A DNA stretch of 64,000 bases from a bacterium (GTDB lineage: Bacteria > Ratteibacteria > UBA8468 > B48-G9 > JAFGKM01), in assembly GCA_026414725.1 (NCBI GenBank), contig JAOAIL010000002.1, positions 120,783 to 184,782 of the forward strand, in the 5' to 3' direction. The notes under the pieces were generated by a model. It ran no database searches and was not told where the DNA came from. It saw nothing but the letters and a program-made list of their open reading frames with translations. The position numbers were made by a program, and so were the translations under genes. This document shows, one piece after another, positions 30,936 to 40,167 of this stretch (positions within the stretch are counted from its first letter, which is position 1; the number at the start of each line of letters is the position of its first letter).

Positions 30936-32609
30936 TCATTTTATCTTCTTTTTCACTTTTTCCCATTCATCTTTAAGTGTTACTGTTCTATTAAAAATTG
31001 GATAGGCAGGTTGTGTATCAGGGTCAACACAGAAATATCCGAGTCGTTCAAACTGAAATATATCTCCAGTTTTAACATCTCTAAGTGATGGTTCTAATTT
31101 ACAGTGCTTTAATACCTTCAAAGAATCAGGGTTAAGATTCACTTTAAAACTACTCCCTTCAGGAACATCCAGAGGGTTTTCTTTAATGAAAAGTCGTTCA
31201 TATAGCCTTATCTCTCCATCTATACAGTTCTTTTGGGATACCCAGTGTAATGTTGCCTTTATCTTTCTTCCATCAGGGGCATTACCTCCTTTTGTAGAAG
31301 GATCATAGGTACAGTGAATCTCAATAATATCCCCATTCTTATCTTTTATTACATTCACGCACTTTATAAAATACGCATATCTAAGACGAATTTCTCTTCC
31401 AGGAGAGAGCCGATAAAACTTAGGTACTGGTTCTTCCATAAAATCATCTTTTTCAATGTATATTACCTTTGAAAAAGGGATTTTTCTTGTTCCAGCAGAA
31501 GCATCTTCAGGATTATTTATTGCTTCAACTTCTTCTGTTCTATCCTCTGGATAATTCACTATTACAACTTTCAGTGGATTTAAAACAGCCATTCTTCTTA
31601 TTGCTATTCTATTAAGTTCTTCCCGGACAAAATGTTCTAAAAGTTCTATATCTACAACACTTTCTGTTTTTGCTACTCCTATACTGCTACAGAACTTCCT
31701 TATCGCTGAAGGTGGATACCCCCTTCTTCTCATCCCTGAAAGTGTCGGCATTCTTGGGTCATTCCATCCACTAACATAACCATCCGTGACCAGTTCAAGA
31801 AGCATCCTCTTGCTCATTACTGTATAGGTAAGGTTAAGGCGTGCAAATTCTATCTGTCTTGGATGATGTATTCCTAACTGTTCTATAAACCAGTCATATA
31901 AAGGCCTGTGGTCTTGAAACTCCAGTGTACATATGGAATGTGTAATTCCTTCAAGTGAATCACTCTGTCCATGTGCCCAGTCGTAGGTAGGATATATACA
32001 CCATTTATCTTTTGTTCTATGATGATTCACATGCATAATTCTGTACATAACAGGGTCTCTCATATTAAGATTTGGAGAAGACATATCTATTTTTGCTCTT
32101 AAAACCATTGAACCATCCGGATATTTACCTTCTCGCATTTCTTTGAATAATCTTAGATTTTCTTCTACAGGACGGTTTCTATAAGGACTTTCTTTCCCTG
32201 GTTCTGTCAGTGTTCCCCTGTATTCTCTTATTTGGTCAGGGGTTAATTCACACACATATGCCTTATCTTTTTTTATCAATTCTATTGCCATATCATAAAG
32301 TTTTTCAAAATAGTCAGATGCATAATATTCTCTATCTTCCCAGTCATATCCAAGCCACTTGATATCTTCTTTTATTGCATTTACATATTCCTCCTCTTCC
32401 TTTGTAGGATTAGTATCATCAAATCTAAGATTACACTTACCCCCATATTCTTTTGCAATTTCAAAATTTAGACATATTGCTTTTGCATGCCCTATATGTA
32501 GATAACCATTAGGTTCAGGAGGAAATCTTGTATTTACCTTTTTATATCTACCTTCTTTTAAATCGTTTTTTATAATTTCTCTTATGAAATCTATTCTTTC
32601 TCTTTTCAT
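30936..32609 (-). CDS. glnS: Glutamine--tRNA ligase
   Basis: HIGHAK (HIGH), VMSKR (KMSKS variant) and a C-terminal anticodon-binding beta-barrel; 557 aa. Confidence 0.95.
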   Translation of the reverse strand: MKRERIDFIREIIKNDLKEGRYKKVNTRFPPEPNGYLHIGHAKAICLNFEIAKEYGGKCNLRFDDTNPTKEEEEYVNAIKEDIKWLGYDWEDREYYASDYFEKLYDMAIELIKKDKAYVCELTPDQIREYRGTLTEPGKESPYRNRPVEENLRLFKEMREGKYPDGSMVLRAKIDMSSPNLNMRDPVMYRIMHVNHHRTKDKWCIYPTYDWAHGQSDSLEGITHSICTLEFQDHRPLYDWFIEQLGIHHPRQIEFARLNLTYTVMSKRMLLELVTDGYVSGWNDPRMPTLSGMRRRGYPPSAIRKFCSSIGVAKTESVVDIELLEHFVREELNRIAIRRMAVLNPLKVVIVNYPEDRTEEVEAINNPEDASAGTRKIPFSKVIYIEKDDFMEEPVPKFYRLSPGREIRLRYAYFIKCVNVIKDKNGDIIEIHCTYDPSTKGGNAPDGRKIKATLHWVSQKNCIDGEIRLYERLFIKENPLDVPEGSSFKVNLNPDSLKVLKHCKLEPSLRDVKTGDIFQFERLGYFCVDPDTQPAYPIFNRTVTLKDEWEKVKKKIK

Positions 32610-32657
32610 TCTAACCTCTTTTCTGTTAATATAACATTATAAAACATATGTCTAAAA

Positions 32658-33581
32658 ATGGAAAAAGTTCTTATAATAAGATACGGTGGATTAGGAGATA
32701 TTATAACAACTTTACCTGTTATACAATCACTCAAAAATAATAGATATTTAGTTATTATAGCATCCAATAACCGTTATAAAAAACTCTGTTTGAAACATAT
32801 GAATATTGATGGTTTTATCTCTGTTGATAGTACTTTTTTGCTTCCTCTCTTTTCAGGAGAAAAAGAAACAAATCTTATTAATTTTCTTAAACAGTTTGAC
32901 ATTATTATATCTTATACAGATGAAAAAGAAGTTTTTTCAAAAACTCTTAAGGATATATTCAAAGGGAGAATATTCTTTCATCCAGTCACTCCTGAAAAGA
33001 TAAAACAACACATAATAAAGTACTTACTTGAACCTATTAAGAACCTCAACATTACCATATCGGAATTACCTTTACTAAAGGTAAATCCCTTATCTGAAAA
33101 AGAATTTTTTATTATTCATCCAGGAAGTGGTAGCCCTTATAAAAACTGGGGAAAGGACAAATTTTTAGAAGTATATAAGAAGTTATCTATCAACATAAGA
33201 GGTCTTATTCTTTTGGGATATGCTGAAAAAGAACAGCGGGAGTTCTGGTATAACAACATCCCTTCCTCCAATATAGTGGAATCTGAAAATATAGAGAAAG
33301 TATTATCTTATGTAGAAAAGACATCTTTTTATATTGGTAATGACTCTGGTATCTCGCACCTATTTTCTGCTGCAGATATTCCATCGGTTGTTATCTTCGG
33401 GCCCACTTCTCCATATATATGGTCTCCTTCAGGTAAAAATGTTAGAATAATATACAGTAATATTGCTTGTAGTCCCTGTATTCCAGCAAAGAGAAAATTA
33501 TGTAATGATAAAATCTGTCTGAAATCTATAAGTGTTGAAGATGTACTAAATGAACTAGAGATGTTATGGAAAAAGCCATAA
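32658..33581 (+). CDS. Family 9 glycosyltransferase (heptosyltransferase-like)
   Basis: N-terminus LIIRYGGLGDIITTLP and C-terminal GNDSGISHL, typical of GT9. Confidence 0.75.
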   Translation: MEKVLIIRYGGLGDIITTLPVIQSLKNNRYLVIIASNNRYKKLCLKHMNIDGFISVDSTFLLPLFSGEKETNLINFLKQFDIIISYTDEKEVFSKTLKDIFKGRIFFHPVTPEKIKQHIIKYLLEPIKNLNITISELPLLKVNPLSEKEFFIIHPGSGSPYKNWGKDKFLEVYKKLSINIRGLILLGYAEKEQREFWYNNIPSSNIVESENIEKVLSYVEKTSFYIGNDSGISHLFSAADIPSVVIFGPTSPYIWSPSGKNVRIIYSNIACSPCIPAKRKLCNDKICLKSISVEDVLNELEMLWKKP

Positions 33582-34345
33582 ATTTCAAAAGTGGTAGATA
33601 TAAACTTTTTGGAGTTCTACATATACCTGATAAAGGGGAAAAACCATATCCTGTAGTAATAATGTTCCACGGATTTACAGGACATAAAGCAGAGACACAC
33701 TTTCTATTCACAAAAATAGCACGATATCTTACTTCTAAAAATATTGCTGCGTTACGATTTGATTTTATGGGTTCCGGAGATAGCGAGGGGAAATTTGAAA
33801 ACATGACATTATTCACAGAAATACAAGATGGCAAGAATGCAATAAAATACATTATGAATGATAAAACATTTGATGAAAGGAGGATTGGTATTATAGGACT
33901 ATCAATGGGTGCTATCACAGCAAGTTATGTAGCGACAGATTATAAAACAAGGGCATTGGTATTGTGGTCTCCATTAGCATACCCTGAATTGATTAATAAA
34001 AGAATCCTTACAAGAGCACTGGTAAAAAAGTTAAAAACACAAGGGAAGATATATCCACCTGGAATGGGACATTACCTAGGAAAAGGTTTTTTTGAATCAA
34101 TAAAACATATAAAGCCACTTGAGATGACAGAACTATACTCTGGGAATGCACTTATTATACATACGAAGGACGATTCTACAGTACCTATTGACCATGCATT
34201 CTCTTATTTTGAAAAATTACACAATAGAGCAATTATGCCACGGTTTGTTATAATTGCAGAAGGAGGACACACATTTACAACTGAGTATTCAGAAAAAACA
34301 GTTATAGAAAAAACATCTGATTTCCTTCAGGAAACATTGTTATAA
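33566..34345 (+). CDS. Alpha/beta hydrolase
   Basis: HGFTGH oxyanion region and nucleophile elbow GLSMGA, followed by D and H. Overlaps the GT9 gene by 16 nt. Confidence 0.75.
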   Translation: MEKAINFKSGRYKLFGVLHIPDKGEKPYPVVIMFHGFTGHKAETHFLFTKIARYLTSKNIAALRFDFMGSGDSEGKFENMTLFTEIQDGKNAIKYIMNDKTFDERRIGIIGLSMGAITASYVATDYKTRALVLWSPLAYPELINKRILTRALVKKLKTQGKIYPPGMGHYLGKGFFESIKHIKPLEMTELYSGNALIIHTKDDSTVPIDHAFSYFEKLHNRAIMPRFVIIAEGGHTFTTEYSEKTVIEKTSDFLQETLL

Positions 34346-34383
34346 CTTGTCTATATTTAGTATCTGTTTTATAATCTATCATT

Positions 34384-35580
34384 ATGAATAAATTCTCTAT
34401 ATTATTTTATGGACAAAATATTACAAACATTTCATTACAACTCCCTGTATGGATACAGAAAAAAATTATAGGAATTACCTTATTGCAGATATTAATGTCT
34501 GTGATTTTTATTTTTTCAGGTTTTTTTCTTAAAAAACTATCAGACCATATCTTTGAGAAACATCTTATTCCATTTTTCAAAAGAACCCGACCCGATTTAG
34601 ACCATCTGTTTATTGAAGCATTGAGCAGACCATTAGGATTTCTCTTCTTACTTGCCGGTATCTCGTCTACTATTGCAGTACTTCCATTACCTACACAGCC
34701 AGATATAAACGGTTTTGTAATGAACTTCCTTAAGGTTATACTGGCATTTATTTTTCTCTGGTTTCTATTCAGAATTGTTGATATTGGTATACAATCCCTT
34801 ACTAAAATTGTCAGTAGAAACGAATCAAAACTTGACGAGCAGATGATTCCTTTTATAAGCAAGTCCGTGAAAATTGTTATAACTATCTTGCTCCTACTCT
34901 GGATATTACAACTCGCTGGATATAATATATCCAGTTTACTTGCAGGACTTGGTATAGGAGGTCTTGCTGTTGCACTAGCTTTACAGGACACCCTTTCTAA
35001 TTTTTTTGGTTCTGTTGCCATATTTGCTGACAAACCATTCGGAATAGGGGACATAGTAAAAATAGGGGACTTTCAGGGAACTGTAGAAGAAATTGGATTT
35101 CGTTCAACCCGTATAAGAACACTTGAAGCAACTCTCGTTTCCATACCTAACAAAACTATTGCTAATTCTATGATAGAAAACCTTTCAAAAAGAGAAAAAG
35201 TGAAAGTATTTCAAACCATAGGTATACCTTATAATACAACTACAGAACAAATAAAAGAAGTCGTTTCATCAATAAGAACAATCATTCGGAGTGATGCTAA
35301 TGTTGAAACTGAAAACATTATTGTAAACTTTTCTAACTTTGGTAATTACAGTTTAGAAATTACAGTAACCTATTTCATAAAAGGCACTGACTATAAAGAA
35401 TACCTTGCTGTTAAAGAAAGAATTAACCTTGCTATTATGAAACGATTAGAAGAGATTGGTATTCCTATTGCATTTCAATCAACATCTCTTATAGAAAATA
35501 GTGCTAAAAAATCTATAAACTCATTAAAAACAGAGAAAAAAAACAAAAAAGAAAAAGAGGGTGAAGACCTTCCATTTTAG
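34384..35580 (+). CDS. Mechanosensitive ion channel (MscS family)
   Basis: TM helices followed by FADKPFGIGDIVKIGDFQGTVEEIGFRSTRIRT, the MscS beta-domain signature. Confidence 0.85.
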   Translation: MNKFSILFYGQNITNISLQLPVWIQKKIIGITLLQILMSVIFIFSGFFLKKLSDHIFEKHLIPFFKRTRPDLDHLFIEALSRPLGFLFLLAGISSTIAVLPLPTQPDINGFVMNFLKVILAFIFLWFLFRIVDIGIQSLTKIVSRNESKLDEQMIPFISKSVKIVITILLLLWILQLAGYNISSLLAGLGIGGLAVALALQDTLSNFFGSVAIFADKPFGIGDIVKIGDFQGTVEEIGFRSTRIRTLEATLVSIPNKTIANSMIENLSKREKVKVFQTIGIPYNTTTEQIKEVVSSIRTIIRSDANVETENIIVNFSNFGNYSLEITVTYFIKGTDYKEYLAVKERINLAIMKRLEEIGIPIAFQSTSLIENSAKKSINSLKTEKKNKKEKEGEDLPF

Positions 35581-35644
35581 AAACATTAAACAATAAATAG
35601 AAAAATGTATCAATAATGATTTTAAGTTTTTACTCATTATATCT

Positions 35645-36961
35645 ATGATTCTTCTAATAAATCCATGGATATATGACTTTGCTGCATATGATATGTGGAT
35701 GATGTCTCTCGGATTACTTCATATAGGAGCACTACTTAAAAAACAGGGATTTGAAGTAAAATTTATTGACCTGCTTGATGTAAATTATGATACAAACTAC
35801 TTTGGAGTGAAGCGAAAAAAAACAGGGGAGGGGAACCTTCCATATCAAGAAATAGAGCGCCCCAAAATACTAAAAGATATTCCAAGGCGATATAAAAGAT
35901 ATGGTATCCCTGAAGAGATATTTATAAAAGAACTGGAAAAGTTACCAGAAAAATTAGAAGCAATCTTCATAACCTCTAAAATGACCTATTGGTATCCAGG
36001 AATATTTAAAACCATTGAAGTACTCAGAAAAATTTTCCCTGAAACAAAAATAATTCTTGGAGGGACATATGCAAAACTCCTTCCTGAACATGCAAAAAAA
36101 TTTTCAGGAGCAGATGTTGTTATCTCAAATGAAGCGCCTGATAATGATACTATTTTAAGTAATATACTTAATAAAAAAGTTAAAATATTCAGCAATCCTA
36201 TTACTCCTGATCATTATGAGATAGAACTCAATTTACTACTAAAAGTGAATTTTCTACCACTAATTTCTACTATCGGATGTCCGTTTAGATGTACCTATTG
36301 TGCTTCCCATAAACTATTTTCATCCTTCATTTGCTTTAATCCAGAAAAAGTTTTCCAGCAATTACTCATCTGGTATGAAAAATATAATGTAAAAAATATA
36401 ACTATATTTGATGACGCTTTCCTTGTAAACACAGAAAATGTTAAAAAATTACTCACCCTCCTTATAAATTCAGGAAATATATTTCGCATTCATACTCCTA
36501 ACGCACTACATCCCCGATATATTGACATGGAAATGGCAGACCTCATGAAAAAAGCAGGGTTCCATACTCTACGGCTGGGCTTGGAAACCTCTAATGAGAA
36601 TTTCCAAGTAATATCAGGAGGTAAGGTCTCTTCTAAAGATTTTGTAAAGGCAGTAAAGAATCTTCACTGTGCGGGATTTAAACCAGAAAATATAGGTGTA
36701 TATATTATGGCTGGACTACCATTCCAGAAAAAAGAAGATGTTATAAACACAATAAAATTTGTTCTTGATACAGGGGCAATGCCAAAAATTGCTGAATATT
36801 CTCCTGTCCCTGGGACAAAAATGTTTGAAGAAGCAAAGAAATGTTCCCCTTTCAATCTTGAAGAACCACTTTTTCAAAACAATACAATACTACCCTGTAG
36901 ATGGAATGGATTTACTTATGATGACCTCAATGAGATAAAACTCTCTTTAAAAGGAGTTTAA
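35645..36961 (+). CDS. B12-binding-domain-type radical SAM protein
   Basis: N-terminal Rossmann-like domain and a CPFRCTYC (CxxxCxxC) cluster motif. I see no SPASM-type Cys-rich C-terminus. Confidence 0.8.
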   Translation: MILLINPWIYDFAAYDMWMMSLGLLHIGALLKKQGFEVKFIDLLDVNYDTNYFGVKRKKTGEGNLPYQEIERPKILKDIPRRYKRYGIPEEIFIKELEKLPEKLEAIFITSKMTYWYPGIFKTIEVLRKIFPETKIILGGTYAKLLPEHAKKFSGADVVISNEAPDNDTILSNILNKKVKIFSNPITPDHYEIELNLLLKVNFLPLISTIGCPFRCTYCASHKLFSSFICFNPEKVFQQLLIWYEKYNVKNITIFDDAFLVNTENVKKLLTLLINSGNIFRIHTPNALHPRYIDMEMADLMKKAGFHTLRLGLETSNENFQVISGGKVSSKDFVKAVKNLHCAGFKPENIGVYIMAGLPFQKKEDVINTIKFVLDTGAMPKIAEYSPVPGTKMFEEAKKCSPFNLEEPLFQNNTILPCRWNGFTYDDLNEIKLSLKGV

Positions 36962-36977
36962 ACATCTATAACAAATC

Positions 36978-37006
36978 TTGACCATCTTCCACTTTCAGGG
37001 TATATT
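36978..37006 (+). promoter_or_regulatory. Sigma70-like promoter upstream of the FmdB-like gene
   Basis: TTGACC (36978-36983), a 17-nt spacer, then TATATT (37001-37006). AAGGAGGG Shine-Dalgarno before the ATG at 37033. Confidence 0.45.
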
Positions 37007-37032
37007 TTATATTCTAAAAGAAGGAGGGTAGT

Positions 37033-37329
37033 ATGCCAACCTATGAATATGAATGCACAAAATGCGGATATAAATTTGAAAAATTCCAGAAAATGACAGA
37101 ACAACCGGTATCAAAATGTCCGGAATGCAAGGGTAAAGTAAAACGTCTTATTGGACTGGGTGGAGGAGTAATATTTAAGGGACCTGGTTTTTACACAACA
37201 GAATACAGAAGTGAGAATTATAAAAGAAGAGAAAGAGAAGAAAAGACAGGTGTTGCTAGCAGTACAGGTAGCAGTTCTTCTTCATGTTCCAGTTGTTCAG
37301 CAAGTTCCTGTTCAACCTGTAAAAAATAA
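37033..37329 (+). CDS. FmdB-family zinc-ribbon protein (CxxC_CxxC_SSSS type) with a Ser/Cys-rich tail
   Basis: MPTYEYECTKCG...CPEC, with the tail SSTGSSSSSCSSCSASSCSTCKK. Confidence 0.8.
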   Translation: MPTYEYECTKCGYKFEKFQKMTEQPVSKCPECKGKVKRLIGLGGGVIFKGPGFYTTEYRSENYKRREREEKTGVASSTGSSSSSCSSCSASSCSTCKK

Positions 37330-37337
37330 CTATTTTG

Positions 37338-37346
37338 TGGTATAAT
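37338..37346 (+). promoter_or_regulatory. Extended -10 element (TGGTATAAT) upstream of tRNA-Asn
   Basis: TGnTATAAT match ending 9 nt before the tRNA 5' end. The -35 (TGTAAA) is weak. Confidence 0.3.
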
Positions 37347-37355
37347 AAAAATAAT

Positions 37356-37430
37356 TCCGGCGTAGCTCAACGGTGGAGCAAGCGGCTGTTAACCGCAAGG
37401 CTGTAGGTTCGAATCCTACCGCCGGAGCCA
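37356..37430 (+). tRNA. tRNA-Asn (anticodon GTT), CCA encoded
   Basis: Manual cloverleaf: acceptor TCCGGCG/CGCCGGA, D stem GCTC/GAGC, anticodon loop CTGTTAA, T arm GTAGG-TTCGAAT-CCTAC, discriminator G, then CCA. Confidence 0.95.
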
Positions 37431-37437
37431 TTTTGGT

Positions 37438-37477
37438 ATATTTCGGGCACATCCTTAACACAATATTCCGGGCACAT
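37438..37477 (+). repeat. Two 15-nt direct repeats ATATT(T/C)CGGGCACAT with a 25-nt period
   Basis: Copies at 37438-37452 and 37463-37477 are 14/15 identical. They lie between tRNA-Asn and the DUF523-DUF1722/photolyase operon. Confidence 0.6.
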
Positions 37478-37528
37478 AGTTTACAGTTTATAGTATATTC
37501 TTTCCTTTCGTAGTAAAATTATAATGTT

Positions 37529-38443
37529 ATGCAAAAACCTAAAATTGTTTTAAGTAGGTGTTTTTCTGAGCCAGTGAGATATAATGGAGAGAGGGTTAAT
37601 AATAATTTTGTGAATAGATTAAAAGAATTTGTTGACTTTATTGACTTCTGTCCTGAAGTTGACACAGGACTTGGAGTACCGAGAAAAAGAGTTTCTATTA
37701 TAGAGATAGATGGTCTCAAGAAACTAATTCAGACCGAAACAGGAAAAGATTTAACAGATATAATTACAGAATACAGTCAAAAAGTTATAAATTCTTTAAA
37801 AGAAATTGATGGATTTATTCTGAAAGCAAAATCACCTTCCTGCGGTGTGGGGTCAGCCAGATTATATAGAAATAATTCCTTTATAGGTAAAACATCCGGA
37901 TTTTTTGCAGAAAAAATTAAAAACCATTTTTATTACCTGCCTGTTGAAGATGAAAACAGACTAAGGGATGAAAGTATAAGAGAACACTTCCTCATAAGGA
38001 TTTTTGCATTTGCTGAATTAAGAGCATTACTTAACAATCCAACCCCAAAAAATCTGGTTGATTTTCATACAAGATATAAATATCTCCTTATGACATACAG
38101 CCAGAGATATTTGAAAGAGATTGGACAGATTGTAGCAGATAATAGTATACCATTTGAAGAAAAAATTATCAGATACAGACAGAAATTTTATGAAAGTTTT
38201 TTGAGAAAGCCATCTCCTAAAAGACATATCAATACCCTGATGCATATAACTGGATATATTTCAAAAAATTTAAACCCAGAAGAAAAAAAACATCTGCACA
38301 GTTTAATAGAAAGATATATTAAAGGTAGATTACCACTGAATGTAATAACTGAACTGCTAAAAAGTTTTGTTTACAGATTTGGAAATGAATATCTTCTTTA
38401 TCAGAAATATCTCCATCCCTATCCTGAAGAATTAAATGTATAA
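37529..38443 (+). CDS. DUF523 (TudS-like thiouracil desulfidase fold) fused to DUF1722 (YbgA-like)
   Basis: LSRCFSEPVRYNG and AKSPSCGV Cys motifs in the N-terminal half, with a helical YbgA-like C-terminal half. Overlaps the photolyase start by 8 nt. Confidence 0.75.
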   Translation: MQKPKIVLSRCFSEPVRYNGERVNNNFVNRLKEFVDFIDFCPEVDTGLGVPRKRVSIIEIDGLKKLIQTETGKDLTDIITEYSQKVINSLKEIDGFILKAKSPSCGVGSARLYRNNSFIGKTSGFFAEKIKNHFYYLPVEDENRLRDESIREHFLIRIFAFAELRALLNNPTPKNLVDFHTRYKYLLMTYSQRYLKEIGQIVADNSIPFEEKIIRYRQKFYESFLRKPSPKRHINTLMHITGYISKNLNPEEKKHLHSLIERYIKGRLPLNVITELLKSFVYRFGNEYLLYQKYLHPYPEELNV

Positions 38444-39767
38444 AAGGGCTATATACTGGTTTAAGAGAGATTTGCGTATTGAAGATAACAAAGCATTTCT
38501 TGAATGTTGTAAACAATCTAAAGAAGTAATCCCTGTATTTATATTCACTCCTGAACTACTTGAAAAATTTAAGGCATATGATAGTAGATTGGGATTTATT
38601 ATAGGTTGTTTGAAAAATTTATCAGAGATAATAAGAAGCAGGGGAGGTAATCTTTTCTGTTATTATGACTCTCCAGTAAATATCTTTGATTATATTATAT
38701 CCAGATATAAACCTGATGGTATATTTACCAACAAGGCATTTTCATGGTCGGGGGAAAAGATTGAAAAAGAAGTAGAGATTTTTAGTAAGAAAAAAGGCAT
38801 TTCCTTCCATCCAGTTTCTGATAATTTCCTTTCTTCAATAAACGAGATTCCTTATACAAAAGTTTATTCAAAATTCTATGAAAAATGGAAGAATATTCTT
38901 AATACTGTTATTTCCTCCGCGCCTGTAATTATAAAAACACCTTTAATAAAAGAACCTGATATTTATAACTGTATATCTAACTTAAAATTCAATAATAACA
39001 CTTACTGGAATGTAAAATCTGGATTTAAAAAATTAGAAATATTCAATTTTACTGATTACGAAAATACCAGAAATAGAATTGATTTAGATGGGACATCTAA
39101 ACTCTCTCCTTATATAAGGTTTGGGACACTTTCTCTCAGAAGGATATACAGAAATATCTTAAAAAAGACAGGTGAAAACTGCCAGTTTATTAAAGAACTG
39201 GCATGGCGAGAATTCTGGTACCATATAAAAATAAATTTTCAGGATTTTAATAATTTAGAGTTTCAGGAAAAAAGAAGAAATATAAAATGGCAGAATGATG
39301 AAAAACTTATAAATGCTTTTATGGATGCTAAAACAGGATATCCCATTATAGATGCATCTATAATTCAATTTAAAAAGGAAGGGTGGATGCATAACCGTTC
39401 AAGGATGATTGTTGCCAATTTCCTGACAAAAGATTTAATGGTGGACTGGAGAATTGGTGAGAAATTTTTTATGGAATACCTCCTGGATTATGATGAAGTT
39501 GTAAATGTTGGTAACTGGCAGTGGAGCGCCTCAGTTGGGCCTGACCCAAAACCATTAAGAATATTTAATCCTATCATTCAGGCTCAAAAATTTGACCCTG
39601 ATGCTATATTTATAAAAAAATATTTACCTGAACTTAAAAACATTCCTTCTTATATGTTACATGACCCCATAAAATTTAATCTGCCTTATTATAAACCAGT
39701 AGTAAATCACTTTGAGAGAAGTATGCTTGTGAAAAAGTTTTATAGAATTACAGATTTGACAGGATAG
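38436..39767 (+). CDS. phr: Deoxyribodipyrimidine photolyase / cryptochrome family protein
   Basis: N-terminal alpha/beta domain (IYWFKRDLRIEDN) and an FAD domain with WREFWYH, GWMHNRSRMIVANFL and NWQW. Confidence 0.9.
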   Translation: MYKRAIYWFKRDLRIEDNKAFLECCKQSKEVIPVFIFTPELLEKFKAYDSRLGFIIGCLKNLSEIIRSRGGNLFCYYDSPVNIFDYIISRYKPDGIFTNKAFSWSGEKIEKEVEIFSKKKGISFHPVSDNFLSSINEIPYTKVYSKFYEKWKNILNTVISSAPVIIKTPLIKEPDIYNCISNLKFNNNTYWNVKSGFKKLEIFNFTDYENTRNRIDLDGTSKLSPYIRFGTLSLRRIYRNILKKTGENCQFIKELAWREFWYHIKINFQDFNNLEFQEKRRNIKWQNDEKLINAFMDAKTGYPIIDASIIQFKKEGWMHNRSRMIVANFLTKDLMVDWRIGEKFFMEYLLDYDEVVNVGNWQWSASVGPDPKPLRIFNPIIQAQKFDPDAIFIKKYLPELKNIPSYMLHDPIKFNLPYYKPVVNHFERSMLVKKFYRITDLTG

Positions 39768-39810
39768 CGAATAAAATGGTAAAAAAATATGAAAATAAAA
39801 AGGAGAAATA

Positions 39811-40167
39811 ATGTTTAGATGTATGTGTAGATGTAAAATAAAAGGTGGAAAAGTAACAGATAAAAATATCTATTATGAGGGAAGTATTACTATTGATAAA
39901 GATATTCTTAATACTTCAGGAATACTCCCTGGGGAAATGGTATATGTCCTTAATATAAACAATGGAGCAAGAATTTCAACCTACACAATAGAAGGAGAAA
40001 GTGGCTCTGGAATTATTTGCCTTAATGGCCCTTCTGCAAGATATTTTGAAAAAGAAGATGAGATTATTATACTTGCTGTATCTTTTGTCAATGAAGAAGA
40101 ATTAAAGAAGGGATGGAATCTTAAAATAATAGAACTTGTAGAGAATAACAGGATAAAGAGAGATTGA
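39811..40167 (+). CDS. panD: Aspartate 1-decarboxylase proenzyme
   Basis: 118 aa, with the self-cleavage site YEGS and a GARISTY...NG motif. Confidence 0.9.
   Translation: MFRCMCRCKIKGGKVTDKNIYYEGSITIDKDILNTSGILPGEMVYVLNINNGARISTYTIEGESGSGIICLNGPSARYFEKEDEIIILAVSFVNEEELKKGWNLKIIELVENNRIKRD

Noticed and set aside
34407-35054. 215-aa minus-strand ORF, strikingly long for an AT-rich genome
   Set aside because: It lies exactly antisense to the well-supported MscS gene. The coding strands here are purine/A-rich, so their complements are poor in stop codons. The translated sequence is low-complexity (S/I/K/P-rich) with no recognisable motifs. The antisense ORFs at 28559-29059, 56844-57287, 59233-59676, 4689-5069 and 6342-6710 are rejected for the same reason.
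37255-37320. Ser/Cys codon low-complexity tract as a DNA tandem repeat or contingency locus
   Set aside because: The repeat units are imperfect at the nucleotide level and lie in frame within the FmdB-family tail, which is known to be compositionally degenerate. There is no homopolymer or exact short tandem repeat.
37330-37528. tRNA-Asn as an integration site for a mobile element
   Set aside because: No integrase, excisionase or phage/plasmid genes follow. The downstream genes (DUF523-DUF1722, phr, panD, lnt, rnc) are chromosomal housekeeping types. The nearby direct repeats do not duplicate the tRNA 3' end.
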